This document shows, piece after piece, positions 45,031 through 58,269 of a stretch of 64,000 nt of DNA (its first letter is position 1; the number at the start of each line of letters is the position of its first letter). The stretch lies in NCBI RefSeq assembly GCF_009914755.1, contig NC_060938.1; one strand, written 5' to 3'. The notes beneath the pieces were generated by a model. The model searched no databases. It saw only the letters and a program-made list of their open reading frames with translations, and was not told the origin of the DNA. This DNA is from the human T2T-CHM13v2.0 reference genome, Homo sapiens. A program made the translations under genes and the position numbers.

Positions 45031-48000
45031 CATTCCATTCCATTCCATTCCATTCCATTCCATTCCATTACATTACATTACATTCCACCCCTTTACTTTC
45101 CATTCCTTTCTTTCAACAGGATTTCACTCTGTCACCCAGGCTGGAGTGCAGTGGCACAATCTCAGCTCACATTTTATTTCACCAATCCTTTCCATTCCAT
45201 TCCATTCCATTCCACTACATTCCATACCACTCCATTCCATTCCACTCCATTCTATTCCATTCCATTCTTTTGACATGATCCCACTCTGTCCTTCATGTTG
45301 GAGTGCAGTGGGACAATCTCAGCTCATATTTCATTTCACCATTCCATTCCATTCCACTCCATTCCACGGCACTCCACTCGTTTCCACTCCATTCCATTCC
45401 ATCTCATTCTATTTAATTCCATTCTACTCCACTCCACTCTACTCCACTCCATTACATTACATCCCATTCCATTCCACTCTACTCCACTCCACTCCACCCC
45501 ACTCCACTCCACTCCATTCCATTCCATTCCATTCCACTCCACCCAACTCCACTCCATTCCATTCTATTCCATTCCATTCCTTTCCACTGCATTCCATTCC
45601 ACTCCCCTCCACTTCACTCCACTCCATTCCATTCCACTCCATTCCATTCCATTCCATTCCTTACATTCAACAAAATCTCACTCTGTCACCCAATCTGGAG
45701 TGCAGTAGCACAATCTTAGCTCACATTTCATTTCACCATTCCATTCCATTCCATTCCATTCAACTCCATTCCACTGCACTTCAGTCCACTCCATTCCATT
45801 CAATTCCATACCACTCCCTTCCACTCCAGTCCACCCCATTCCACTCCACTCCATTCCATTCCATTCTTTCCATTCCACTCCATTTCACCCCTCTCCACTA
45901 CACTCCACTCAACTGCACTCCATTCCATTCCACTCTGTCCCATTCCATTCCACTCCATTCCACTCCACTACACTCAACTGCACTCCATTCCATTCCACTC
46001 TGTCCCATTCCATTCCACTCCACTCCACTCCACTCAATTCCATTCCATTCCTTTCCTTTCTTTGGACAGGATCTCACTCTGTCACCCAGGCTGGAGTCCA
46101 TTGGCACAAACTCAGCTCACATTTCATATCACCATTCCATTCCATTGCATTTCATTCCATTCTATTCCATTCCATTCCATTCCACTCCATTCCACTCCAC
46201 TCCACTCCACTCTACTCCACTCCTTTACATCCCATTCCATTCCACTCCATTCCACTTCACTCCACTCTACCCTAATCCACTCCATTCCATTCCATTCCAT
46301 CCCATTCCAATACACTATCTTTTACTCCACTCCAATACATTCCACTCCAGTCCATGCCACCAGACTCCATTCCATTGCATTCTTTCTTTTGACATAATCC
46401 CACTCTTTCACCCAGTCTGGAGCAAAGTGGCACAAACTCAGCTCACATTTCATTTCTCCATTCCATTCCATCCCATTCCATTCCACTCCCTTCCACTCTA
46501 CTGCATTCAGTTCCACTCCATTCCACTCTATTCCATTCCATTCTATTTCATTCCAATCCATTCCCTTCCTGTCTTTTCTTTCAACAGGTTCTCACTCTGT
46601 CAACCAGGCTGGAGTGAATTTGCACAATCTTGGCCCATATTTCAGTTCACCATTCAATTCCATTCCCTTCCATTGCATTCCATTCCATTCCATTGCATTG
46701 CATTCCATTCCATTCCTTTCCATTCCACTCCCCTCCACTCCTCCACTCTACTCCACTCCACTGCATTCCATTCAATTATGTCCCTTTCCATTCCACTCCC
46801 CTCCACTCCACTCCACTCCATTCCATCCCATTCCTTTCCACTCCATTTCACTCCACTCCACTCCTCTCCATTCCATTCCACTCCATCCCATTCCATTCCC
46901 CTCCCCTCCATTCCACTCCACTCCACTCCATCCCATTCCATTCCATTCCATTCCATTCCTTTCCATTCCATTCCATTCCATTCCACTCCTTTCTTTCGTC
47001 AGGGTCTCACTCTGTCACCCAGGATGGAGTGCAGTGTCATAATCTCAGCTAACATTTAATTTCACGATTCCATACCATTCCATTCCACTCCATGTCGTTC
47101 CTTCCATTCCACTCCATTCTACTCCACTCCAATCCACTTCTCTCCACTCCATCACATTCCACTCCATTCCACTATGCTCTTCTCCACTCCACTCCACTCC
47201 GTTCCATTCCATGTCATTCAATTCCACCCAAATGCACTCCACCCCACTCCACTCCACTCCTCTCCACTCCATTCCATTCTGCTCCACCCCATTCCATTCC
47301 ACTCCATTCCACTCCACTCCACTCCAGTTCACTCCACTCCACTCAAATCCACTCCAATCCACTCCATTGCATTCCATTCCACTCCATCTGTTTCCATTAC
47401 TTTCTTTCGACAGGATCTCACTCTGTCACCCAGGCTGGAGTTCAGTGGCACGATCTCAGCTCACATTTCATTTCACCATTCCATTCCATTCCATTCCATT
47501 CCATTCCATTCCATTCCACTCCTATCCACTCCACTCCTTTCCCCTCCACTCCACTGCACTCCATTCCATTCCACTCCACTCCACTCCATTCCTTTCCATC
47601 CCATTCCATTACACTCCATTGCACTATACTCCACTCCACTCCACTACTCACCACTCCATTCCATTCCCTTTCATTCCACTCCTTTCCATTCCATTCCTTT
47701 CTTTTGACAGGATCTCACTCTGTCACCCAGGCTGGAGTGCAGTGGCGCAATCACAGCTCACATTTCATTTCATCATTCCATTCCATTCCATTCCATTCCA
47801 TTCCATTCCATTCCATTCCATTCCATACCACCACATTAGGTTCCACTCCACTCCACTCCACTCCACTCTGTTCCATTCCATATCATTCCATTCCATTTCA
47901 TTCCAATTCACTCTACTATACTCCTTTCCACCCCACTCCACTCCACTCCATTCCATTGCATCCAATTGCATTCCAATCCACTCCTCTCCCCTCGAGTCCA

Positions 48001-48793
48001 CTTCATTCCTCTCCACTCTACTCCATCCTATTGCATCCAATTTCATTCCACTACACTCCTCTCCCCTCAACTCCACTCCACTCCCCTCCACTTCTTTCCA
48101 TTTGGTACCATCCCACTCCATACCATTCCACTCCACTCCACTTCACTTCACTCTGCTCCACTCCATTAGATTCCATTCCATTCCTTCCCACTGCATTCCA
48201 TTCCACTCCATTCCACTTTACTCCATTCCATTCTATTCCATTCCATTCCACTCCATTCCTTTCCATTTCTTATATTCGACAGCATGGCACTCTGTTACCC
48301 AGTCTGGAGTGCAGTGGCACAATCTCAGCTCACATTTCATTTCACCATTCCATTGCATTCCATTCTACTCCATTCCGTTTCACTCCACTCCACTCCCCTC
48401 CATTCCATTCCGTTCCACTCCATTCCACTCCACTCCACTCAACTCCACTCCACTTCATTCCATTCCTTCCCATTCCATTCCACTCCACTCCACTCCACTC
48501 CATCCCATTCCATTGCATTGCATTTCACTCCATTCTATTCCTTTCCTTTCTTTCGACAAGATCTGACTCTGTCACACAGGCTGGAGTGCAGTGGCACAAT
48601 GTCAGCTCACATTTCATTTCACCATTGCATTCAATTTCATTCCATTACGTCCATTCCACTCCACTCCACTCCATTCCATTACACTCCACTCCACTACACT
48701 GCTCTCCACTCCATCCTATTCCGTTCCACTCCACTCAACTCCACTGAACTCCACTCCACTCCATTCCATTCCATTCCACTCCATTCCATTCCA

Positions 48794-51700
48794 TTTCCAA
48801 CGAAGGCCTCAAAGTAGTCCAAATATCCAACTGCAGAATCTACGAAAAGAGTTTTTCAAAACTGCTGTATGAAAAGCTACTTTCAACTCTGTGAGTTGAA
48901 TGCAAACATCCAAAGAATTTTGTGAGAATGCTTCTGTCTGGTTTTTATGTGAAGATATTACCTTTTCCATCATAGGCCTCAAAGATCACCAAAGGTACAC
49001 TTGCAGATTACACAAAAACAGTGTTTTAAACTGCTATATAAAAAGAAAGGTTCAACTTTGTCAGTTGAATGTACTCATCACACAAAAGTTTCTGAGAATG
49101 CTACTGTCTTATATGTGAAGATATTCCCGTTTCCAAAGAAGGCCTCAAAGCCGTCCAAATATCGACTTGCAGTTTCTACAAAAAGAGTGTTTCAGAGCTG
49201 CTCTATGAATAGGTATGTTCAACTCTGTGAGTTGAATGCAAACATCACAAAGAAGTTTCTGAGAATGCTTCTGTCTGGTTTTTATGTGAAGATATTTCCT
49301 TTTCCACCATAAGCCTCGAAGCACTACAAATGTTCACTTGCAGATTCTACAAAAAGACTTTTTCAAAACTGCTCTACCAAAAGAAAGGTTCAACTCTGTG
49401 TGTTGAATGTACACATCACAAAGAAATTTCTGAGAATGCTTCTGTCCAGTTTATATGTGAAGATATTTCCTTTTTCACCGTAGGCCACAAAGCTCTCCAA
49501 ATGACCACTTGCAGATTTAACTAAAAGATTGTTTCATAACTGCTCTATCAAAAGAAAGGTTCAACTCCATGAGTTGAATGCACACATCTCAAAGAAGTGT
49601 CTGAGAATGCTTCTGTCTAGATTTTATGTATAGATATTCCCGATTCCAACGAAGTCCTCAAATTAGTCCAAATATCCAATTGCAGATCTACGAAAAGAGT
49701 GTTTCAAAGCTGCTGAATGAAAAGTTAGGTTCAACTCTGTGAGTTGAATGCAAACATCACAAAGAAATTTGTGCGAATGCTTCTGTCTGATTTTTATGTG
49801 AAGATATTTCCTTTTCCACCATAGGCCTCAAAGCTCATCAAATGGACACTTGCAGATTCTACAAAAAAAGTGTTTCAAAACTTCTCTATCAAAAGAAAGG
49901 TTCACCTCTGTCAGTTGAATGTACTCATCACAAAGAAGTTTCTGAGAATGCTTCTCTCTAGCTTATATGTGAAGATATTCCAGTTTCCAACGAAGGCCTC
50001 AAAGTCGACCAAATATCCACTTGCAGATTCTATGAAAAGAGGGTTCCAGAACTGCTCTATGAATAGGTATGTTCAACTTTGTGAGTTGAAAGCAAACATC
50101 ACAAAGAAGTTTCTGAGAATGCTTCTGTCTGGTTTTTATGTGAAGATATTTCCTTTTTCACATTCGGCCTCAAAGCACTGCAAATGTCCATTTGCAGATT
50201 CTACAAAAAGAGTGTTTCAAAACAGCTCTATCGAAAAAAAGGTTCAAATCTGTGAGTTGAATGCACACATCAGAAAGAAGTTTCTGAGAATGCTTCTGTC
50301 TAGATTTTATGTGAAGATATTCCCGTTTCCAACGAAGGCCTCAAAGCAGTTCGAATATCCACTTGCAGATTCTACGAAAAGAGTGTTTCAGAACTGCTCT
50401 ATGAACAGGTATGTTCAACTCTGTGAGTTCAAAGCAAACATCACAAAGAAGCTTTTGAGAATGCTTCTCTCTGGTTTTTATGTGAAGATATTTCCTTTTC
50501 CACTATAGGCCTCAAAGCATTACAAATGTTCACTTGCAGATTCTACAAAAAGAGTGTTTCAAAACTGCTCTATCAAAAGAAAGGTTCAACTCTGTGAGTT
50601 GAATGCACACATCACAAATAAGTTTCCGAGAATGCTTCTGTGCAGTTTTTATGTGAAGATATTCTCTTTTCCAACGAAGGCCTCAAAGCAGTCTAAATAT
50701 CCACTTGTAGAGTCTACGAAACTGTGTTTCAAAACTGCTCTATGAAAAGTTACGTTCACCTCTTTGATTTCAAGGCAAACATCACAAGGAAGTTTCTGAG
50801 AATGCTTCTGCCTGTTTTTTATGTGAAGATATTTCTTTTTCCACCATTGGCTTCAAAGCTTTCCAAATGTCCACTTGCAGATATTACAAAAAGAGTGTTT
50901 CAAAACTGCACTAACAGAGGAAAATTTCAACTCTGTGAGTGAAATGCACACATCACAAAGAAGTTTCTGAGAATTCTTCTGTCTAGTTTTTATGTGAAGA
51001 TATTTCCTTTTCCACCGTAGGCTTCAAAGCTATCCAAATGTCCACTCGCAGATTGTACCAACAGTGTTTCAAAACTGCTCTATCAAAAGAAAGGTTCAAC
51101 TCTGTGAGTAGAATGCACACATCACAAAGAAGTTTCTGAGAATGCTTCTGTCTAGATTTTATATGAAGATATTCCCGTTTCCAATGAAGCCTCAAAGCAT
51201 TCTAAATATCCACTTGCAGATTCTACGAAAAGAGTGATTCAAAACTCCTCTATGAACAGGTATGTTTAACTCTGTGACTTGAATGGAAACATCACAAAGT
51301 AGTTTCTCAGAATGCTTCTGTCTTTTTGTTATGTGAAGATATATCCTTTTCAACCAAAGGCATCAAAGCTTTCCAAATGTCCACTTCCAGATTCTACAAA
51401 AAGAGTGTTTCATAACTGCTCTAATCAAAAGAAAGGTTCAACTCCGTGAGTTGAATGCACACATCACAGAGAACTTTCTGAGAATGCTTCTGTCTAGATT
51501 TTATGTGAAAATATTCCCGTTTCCAACGAAGGACTCAAAGCTGTCTAAATATCCACATGCAGATTCTACGAAAAGAGTGTTTCAAAACTGCTGTATGAAA
51601 AGGTGTGTTCAACTGTGCGAGTTGAATGCAAATGTCACAAAGAAATTTGTGAGAATGCTTCTGTCTGGTTTTTATGTGAAGATATTCCCTTTTCCACCAT

Positions 51701-54700
51701 ATGTCTCAAAACTCACCAAATGTACGCTTGCAGATTCTACAAAAAGAGTGTTTCAAAACTGCTCTATCAAAACAAAGGTTCAACTCTGTCAGTTGAATGT
51801 ACTCATCACAAAGAAGTTTCTCAGAATGCTTCCGTCTAGCTTAGATGTGAAGAAATTCCCGTTTCCTACGGAACCCTCAAAGCCGTACAAATATCCCCTT
51901 ACAGATAAACTACAAAAAGAGTGTTTCAGAACTGCTCTATGAATAGGTATGTTCAACTCTGTGATTTGAATGCAAACATCACAAAGAAGTTTCTGAGAAT
52001 GCTTCTGTCTGGTTTCTATGTGAAGATATATCCTTTTCCACCATAGGCCTCAAAGCACTAGAAATGTTCACTTTCAGATTCTACAAGAAGAGTGTTTCAA
52101 AACTGCTCTATCAAAAGAAAGGTTCAACTCTGTGAGTAGAATGCACACATCTCAAAGAAGTTTCTGAGAATGCTTCTGTCTAGATATTATGTGAAGATAT
52201 TTCCGTTTCCAAACAAGGCCTCAAAGTATTCCAAATAACCAATTGTAGATTTACGAAAATAGTCTTTCAAAACTGCAGTATGAAAAGATAGGTTCAACTC
52301 TGTGCATTGAATGCAAACATCACAAAGAAGTTTCTGAGAATGCTTCTGTCTAGCTTATATGTGAAGATATTCCGTTTCCAACGAAGGCCCCAAAGCCATC
52401 CAAATATCCTCTTGCAGATACTGCGAAAAGTTTTTCAGAACTCCTCTATGAATAGATATATTCAACTCTGTGAGTTGAATGCAAACATCACACAGTAGTT
52501 TCTGAGAATGCTTCTATGTGGTTTTTATGTGAAGATATATCCTTTTCCACCATAGTCCTCAAAGCACTCCAAATGTCCACTTCCAGATTCTACAAAAGAG
52601 TGTTTCAAAACTGCTCTATCAAAAGAAAGGTTCAACTCTGTGAGTTGAATGCATACATCTCAAAGAAGTTTCTGAGAATGCTTCTGTCTAGGTTTTATGT
52701 GAAGATATTCCCGTTTCCAACGAAGGCCTCAAAGCTGTCCAAATACCCACTTGCAGATTCTACAAAAAGAGTGTTTCAAAACTGCCGTATGAAAAGGTAT
52801 GTTCAACTCTGTGAGTTGAATGCAAACATCACAAAGCAGTTTGTGAGAATGCTTCTGTCTGGTTTTTATGTGAAGATATTTCCTTTTCCACCATAGGCCT
52901 CAAATTTCACCAAATGTACACTTGCAGATTCTACAAAAAGACTGTTTCAAAACTGCTCTATTAAAAGAAAGGTTCAACTCTGTCAGTTGAATGTACTCAA
53001 AACAAAGAAGTTTCTGAGAATGCTTCTGTCTTGTTTTTGTGTGAAGATATTCCCCATTCCAACGAAGGCCTCAAAGCAGTCTAAATATTCACTTGCAGAT
53101 TCTACGAAAACAGTGTTTAAAAATTGCTCTATTAAAACTTATGTTCAACTCTGTGAGTTGAATGCAACATCACAAAGATGTTCTGACCATGCTTCTGTCT
53201 GGTTTTTATATGAAGATATTTCCTTTTCCACCGTAGAACTCAAAGATTTCCAAATGTCAACTTGCAGATTCCACAAAAACAGTGTTTCAAAACTGCTCTA
53301 TCAAAAGAAAGGTTCAACTCTGTGAGTTGAATACACACATCTCCAAGAATTTTCTGAGAATGCTTCTGCCTAGATTTTATGTGAAGATATTCCCGTTTCT
53401 AATGTAGGCCACAAAGTAGTCCAAATATCCAAATGCAGATTCTACAAAAGAGTGTTTCAAAACTGCTTTATCAAAAGAAAGCTTCAACTCTGTGAGTTGA
53501 ATGCATATGTGACAAAGGAGTTCCTGAGAATGCTTCTGTCCAGTTTTTATGTGAAGATATTCCCGTTTCCAACGAAGGCCTCAAAGCAGTCTAAATATCC
53601 ACTTGCAGATTCTACAAAAAGAGAGTTTCAAAACTTCTCTAACAAAAGAAAATTTCAACTCTGTGAGTAAATGAGCACTTCACAAAGTAGTTTCTGAGAA
53701 TGCTTCTGTCTAGCTTTTATATGAAGATATTTCCTTTTCCACCATAGGCTTCAAAGCTCTCCAAATGTCCACTCACAGATTTTACCAAAAGAGTGTTTCA
53801 AAACTGCTCTATCAAAAGAAAGGTTCAACTCTGTGAGTTGAATGCACACATCACAAAGAAGTTTCTGAGAATGTTTCCGTCTATATTTTATGTGAGGATA
53901 TTCCCGTTTCCAACAAAGACCTCAAAGCAGTCCAAATAGCAACCTATAGATTCTAGGAAAAGAGTATTTCAGATCTCCTCTCTGAACAGGTATTTTCAAC
54001 TCTGTGAGTTGAATGCAAACATCACAAAGTGGTTTCTGAGAATGCTTCTCTCTGGTTTTATGTGAAGATATGTCCTTTTAAATCATAGGTCTCAAAGCTC
54101 TCCAAATGTCCGCTTCCAGATTCTACAAAAAGAGTGTCTCAAAACTGCTCTATGAGATGTATGTTCAACTCTGTGAGTTGAATGCACACATCACAAAGAA
54201 GTTTCTGAGAAAGCTTCTGTCTAGATTTTATGTGAAGATATTCCCGTTTCCAACGAAGGCCTCAAATTGGTCCAAATAAGCAATTGCAGATTCTACGAAA
54301 AGAGCGTTTCAAAACTGCTGTATGAAAAGGTAGGTTCAACTCTGTGAGTTGAATGCAAACATCAGAAATAAGTTTCTGAGAATGCTTCTGTCTGCTTTTT
54401 ATGTGAAGATATTTCCATTTCCACCACAGGCCTCAAAGATTTCCATATGTCCACTTGCAGATTCTACAAAGAAGTGTATCAAAACTGCTCTATCAAAAGA
54501 AAGGTTCAACTCTGTGTGTTGAATGCACACATCACAAAGAAGTCTCTGGGAATGCTTCTGCCTAGATTTTATGTGAAGTTATTCCTGTTTCCAACGAAGG
54601 CCTCAAAGTAGTCCAAATATCTGATTGCAGATTCTACAAAAAGAGAGTTTCAAAACCGCAGTATGAAAACATAGGTTCAACTCTGTGATTTGAAGGCAAA

Positions 54701-57700
54701 CATCACAAAGAAGTTTCTGAGAATACTTTAATCTGGTTTTTATGTGAACATATTTCCGTTTCCACTATAGGCCTCAAAGCTTTCCATATTTCCACTTGCA
54801 GATTCTAGGAAATGATTGTTGCAGAACTCCTCTATGAACAATTATGTTCAACACTGTGAGTTGAATGCAAACGTCACAAAGTAGTTTCTGAGAATGCTTC
54901 TGTCTGGTTTTATATGAAGATATTTCCTTTTCCACCATAAGCCTCAAAGCTCACAAATTCTACACTTGCAGATTCTACAAAAGGAGTGTTTGAAACTGCT
55001 CTATCAAAATAACGGTTCAACTCCGTGAGTTTAATGCACATATCACAAAGTACTTTATGAGAATGCTTCTTGTCTATATTATATGTGAAGATATTCCAGT
55101 TTCCAAAGAAGGCCTCAAGGTAGTCCAAATGTCCAAATGCAGATACTACGAAAAGAGTGTTTCCAAACTGCTGTATGAAAAAGTAGGTTCAACTCTGTGA
55201 GTTGAATGCACACATCACAAAGAAGTTTCTGGGAATGCTTCTGTCTGGTTTTTATGTGAAGATACTTCCTTTTCCACCATAGGCCTCAAAGCTTTCCATA
55301 TATCCACTTGCAGATTCTACAAAAAGAGTGGTTCAAAACTACTTTATCAAAAGAAAGGTTCCACTCTGTGAGTTGAATGCCACATCACAAAGAAGTTTAT
55401 GATAATGCTTCTGTCTAGTTTTTATGTGAAGATATTCCCTTTTCCAACGAAGGCCTCAAAGCAATCCAAATATCCATTTGCAGATTCTAGGAAAAGAGTG
55501 TTTCAAAACTATTCTATGAACAGGTATGCTCAACTCTGTTCGTTGAATGCGAACTTCACAAAGAAGTTTCTGAGAATGCTTCTGTCTTGTTTTTACGTGA
55601 AGATATTTCCTTTTTCACAAAAGACCTCAAAGCTCTCCAAATGTCCACTTGCAGATTCTACAAAAAGTGTGTTTCAAAACTGCTCTATCAAAAGAAAGGT
55701 TCAACTCTGTGAGTTGAATGCACACATCACAAAGAAGTTTCTGAGAATGCTTCTGTCTAGATTTTATGTGAAGATATTCCCGTTTCCAATGAAGGCCTCA
55801 AAGCAGTCCAAATATCCACTTGCAGATTCTACGAAAACAGTGTTTTGAAACTGCTGTATGAAAAGATATGTTCAACTCTGTGAGTTGAATACAAACATCA
55901 CACAGAAGTTTCTGAGAATGCTTCTGTCTGGTTTTTATGTGAAGATATTTCCTTTTCCTCCATAGGTCCCAAAGCTCTCCAAATGTACACTTGCAGATCC
56001 TACAAAAAGAGTGGTTTAAAACTGCTCTATCAAAAGAAAGATTCAACTGTCTGAGTTGAATGCAAACATCTCCAAGAAGTTTCTGAGAATGCTTCTGTCT
56101 AGTTTTCATGTGAACATATTTCCTTTTCCACCTCAGGCCTCATAGCTTTTCAAAGGTCCACTTGCAGATTCTACAAAAAGAGTGTTTCAAAACTGCTCTA
56201 TCAAAAGAAATCTCAACTCTGTGAGTTGAATGGACACATCACAAAGAAGTTTCTGAGAATGCTTCTGTCTAGTTTATTGGTGAAGATGTTCCCATTTCAA
56301 ACGAAGGCCTCAAGGCAGTCCAAATATCCACTTGCGGATTCTATGAAAAGAGAGTTTCAAAACTGCTGTATAAAAAGGTATATTCAACTCTGTGAGTTGA
56401 ATGCAGACATCACAAAGAAGTTTCTGAGAATGCTTCTGTCTGGTTTTTATGTGAAGATATTTCCTTTTCCACCACAGGCGTCAAAGCTCTCCAAAATGTA
56501 CACTTGCAGATACTACAAAAAGAGTGTTTCCAAACTGCTGTATGAAAAGGTAGGTTCAACACTGTGAATTGAATGCAAACATCACAAAGATGTTTCTGAG
56601 AATGCTTCTGTCTGGTTTTTATGTGAAGATATTTCATTTTCCACCATAGGCCTCAAAGCTTTCCATATATCCACTTGCAGATTCTACAAAAAGAGTGTTT
56701 CAAAACAGCTCTATGAAAAGATATGTTCAACTCGGCGAGTTGAATGCAAACATCACAAAGAAGTTTCTGAGAATGCTTCTGTCTCGTTTTTATGTGAAGA
56801 TATTTCCTTTTCCACCATAGGCCTCAAAGCTTTACAAATGTCCACTTGCAGTTTCTACAAAAAGTGTCTTTCAAAACTGTTCTATCAGAAGAAACTTTCA
56901 ACTCTGTAAGTTGAATGCACACATCACAAAGAAGTTTCTGAGAATGCTTCTGTCTAGATTTTATGTGAAGATATTCCCATTTCCAACGAAGGCCTCAAAG
57001 CAGTCCAATTATCCACTTGCAGATTCGACGAAAGGAGTGTTTCAAAACTGTTCACTGAACAGGTATGTTCTACTCTGTGGGTTGAATGCGAACAACACAA
57101 AGAAGTTTCTGAGAATGCTTCTGTCTAGATTTTATGTGAAGATATTCCTGTTTCCAACGAAGGCCTCAAAGCAGTCCAAATATACTGTTGCAGATTCTAC
57201 AAAAAGGGAGTTTCAGAACTGCTCTGTGAGCAGGTATGTTCAACTCTGTGAGTTGAATGCAAACATCACAAAATCTTTGTGAGAATCCTTCTGTCTGGTT
57301 ATTATGTGAAGATATTTCATTTTCCAACATAGGCCTCAAACCACTACAAATGTTCAATTGCGGATTCTACAAAAAGACTGTTTCAAAGCTGCTCAATCAA
57401 AAGAAAGGTTTAACTATGTGAGTGGAGTGCATACATCACAAAGAAGTTTCTGAGAATGCTTCTGTCTAGTTTTATGTGAAGATATTTCCTATTCCACCGT
57501 AAGATTCAAAGCTCTCCAAATGTCCACTTGCAGATTTTACAAAAAGAAAGTTTCAAAACTGCTCTATCAAAAGAAATGTTCAACTCTGTGAGTTGAATGC
57601 ACACATCACAAAGTAGTTTCTGAGAATGCTTCTGTCTGGTTTTTATGAGAAGATATTTCCTTTTCCACCATAGGCCACAAAGATTTCCAAATATCCACTT

Positions 57701-58269
57701 GCAAATTCTACAAAAAGATTGTTTCAAAATTGCTCTATCAAAAGAAAGGTTCCACTTTGTGAGTTGAATGCCACATCACAGAGAAGTTTATGAGAATGCT
57801 TCTGTCTAGATTTTATGTGAAGATATTCCCATTTCCAAAGAATGCCTCAAAGTAGTCCAAATATCAAATGTCAGATTCTACGAAAAGACTGTTTCAAAAC
57901 TGCTGTATGAAAAGGTAGGTTCAACCCTGTGAGTTGAATGCACACATAACAAAGAAGTTTCTGAGAATGCTTCTGTCTGGTTTTTGTGTGAAGATATTTC
58001 CTTTTCCTCCATAGGCCTCAAAGCTCTCCAAATGTACACTTGCAGATACTACTAAAAGAGTGTTTCAAAACTGCTCTATCTAAAGAAAGGTTCAACTTTG
58101 TGAGTTGAATGCACACATCACAAAGAAGTTTCTGAGAATGCTTCTGTCTAGATTTTATGGTCAGATATTCCCATTTCCAACGAAGCCCTCAAAGTAGTCC
58201 AAATATCCAACTGCAGATTCTACAAAAAGGTTGTTTCAAAACTGCTCTAAGAATAGATATGTTAAACTC
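48794..58269 (-). repeat. Alpha satellite with irregular A/B monomer alternation (SF5/R1R2-like), CENP-B boxes present
   Basis: Reverse monomers; B-type TCCCGTTTCCAACGAAG alternating irregularly with A-type TTTCCTTTTCCACCATAG. Boxes with intact core at 49638, 50321, 51515, 52709, 53561, 54242. Confidence 0.94.
50321..50337 (-). promoter_or_regulatory. CENP-B box (representative, minus strand)
   Basis: TCCCGTTTCCAACGAAG is the reverse complement of CTTCGTTGGAAACGGGA. Confidence 0.92.

Larger units (their letters stand above)
27817..48793. repeat. Composite satellite: HSat3-like (CATTC/CACTC)n tracts alternating with a ~60-bp antisense AluJ fragment (~62 units; 'AluSat'-like)
   Basis: Recurrent CTTTCTTTCGACAGGATCTCACTCTGTCACCCAGGCTGGAGTGCAGTGGCACAATCTCAGCTCAC+ATTTCATTTCAC, first at ~27944 and last at ~48551, separated by ~100-500 bp of pentamer repeats. 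Confidence 0.96.

Noticed and set aside
27944-48610. CRISPR-like constant repeat plus variable spacer layout
   Set aside because: The repeat is an Alu fragment, the spacers are related simple repeats of 100-500 bp, there are no cas genes, and the context is primate.
27944-48610. Pol III-transcribed Alu/7SL-like RNA genes
   Set aside because: The fragments are only the 3' ~60 bp of the right arm and lack the left-arm A and B boxes.
27944-48610. Mean unit length ~338 bp resembling an alpha dimer or dinucleosome
   Set aside because: Individual spacings range from ~160 to ~570 bp, so the mean is not a real periodicity.
27788-48822. Apparent ~29-bp TSD (TTTCCA..AGGCCTCAAAG..TCCAA) flanking the composite array
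   Set aside because: The two copies are A-type and B-type monomers with several differences; the similarity follows from alpha periodicity.
27984-48872. Long ORFs (up to 984 aa) rich in H/S/I/P/F/T/L and reverse MEWNG/VEWSG ORFs
   Set aside because: CATTC/CACTC pentamers lack stop codons in every frame; overlapping ORFs in all frames are translation artefacts.
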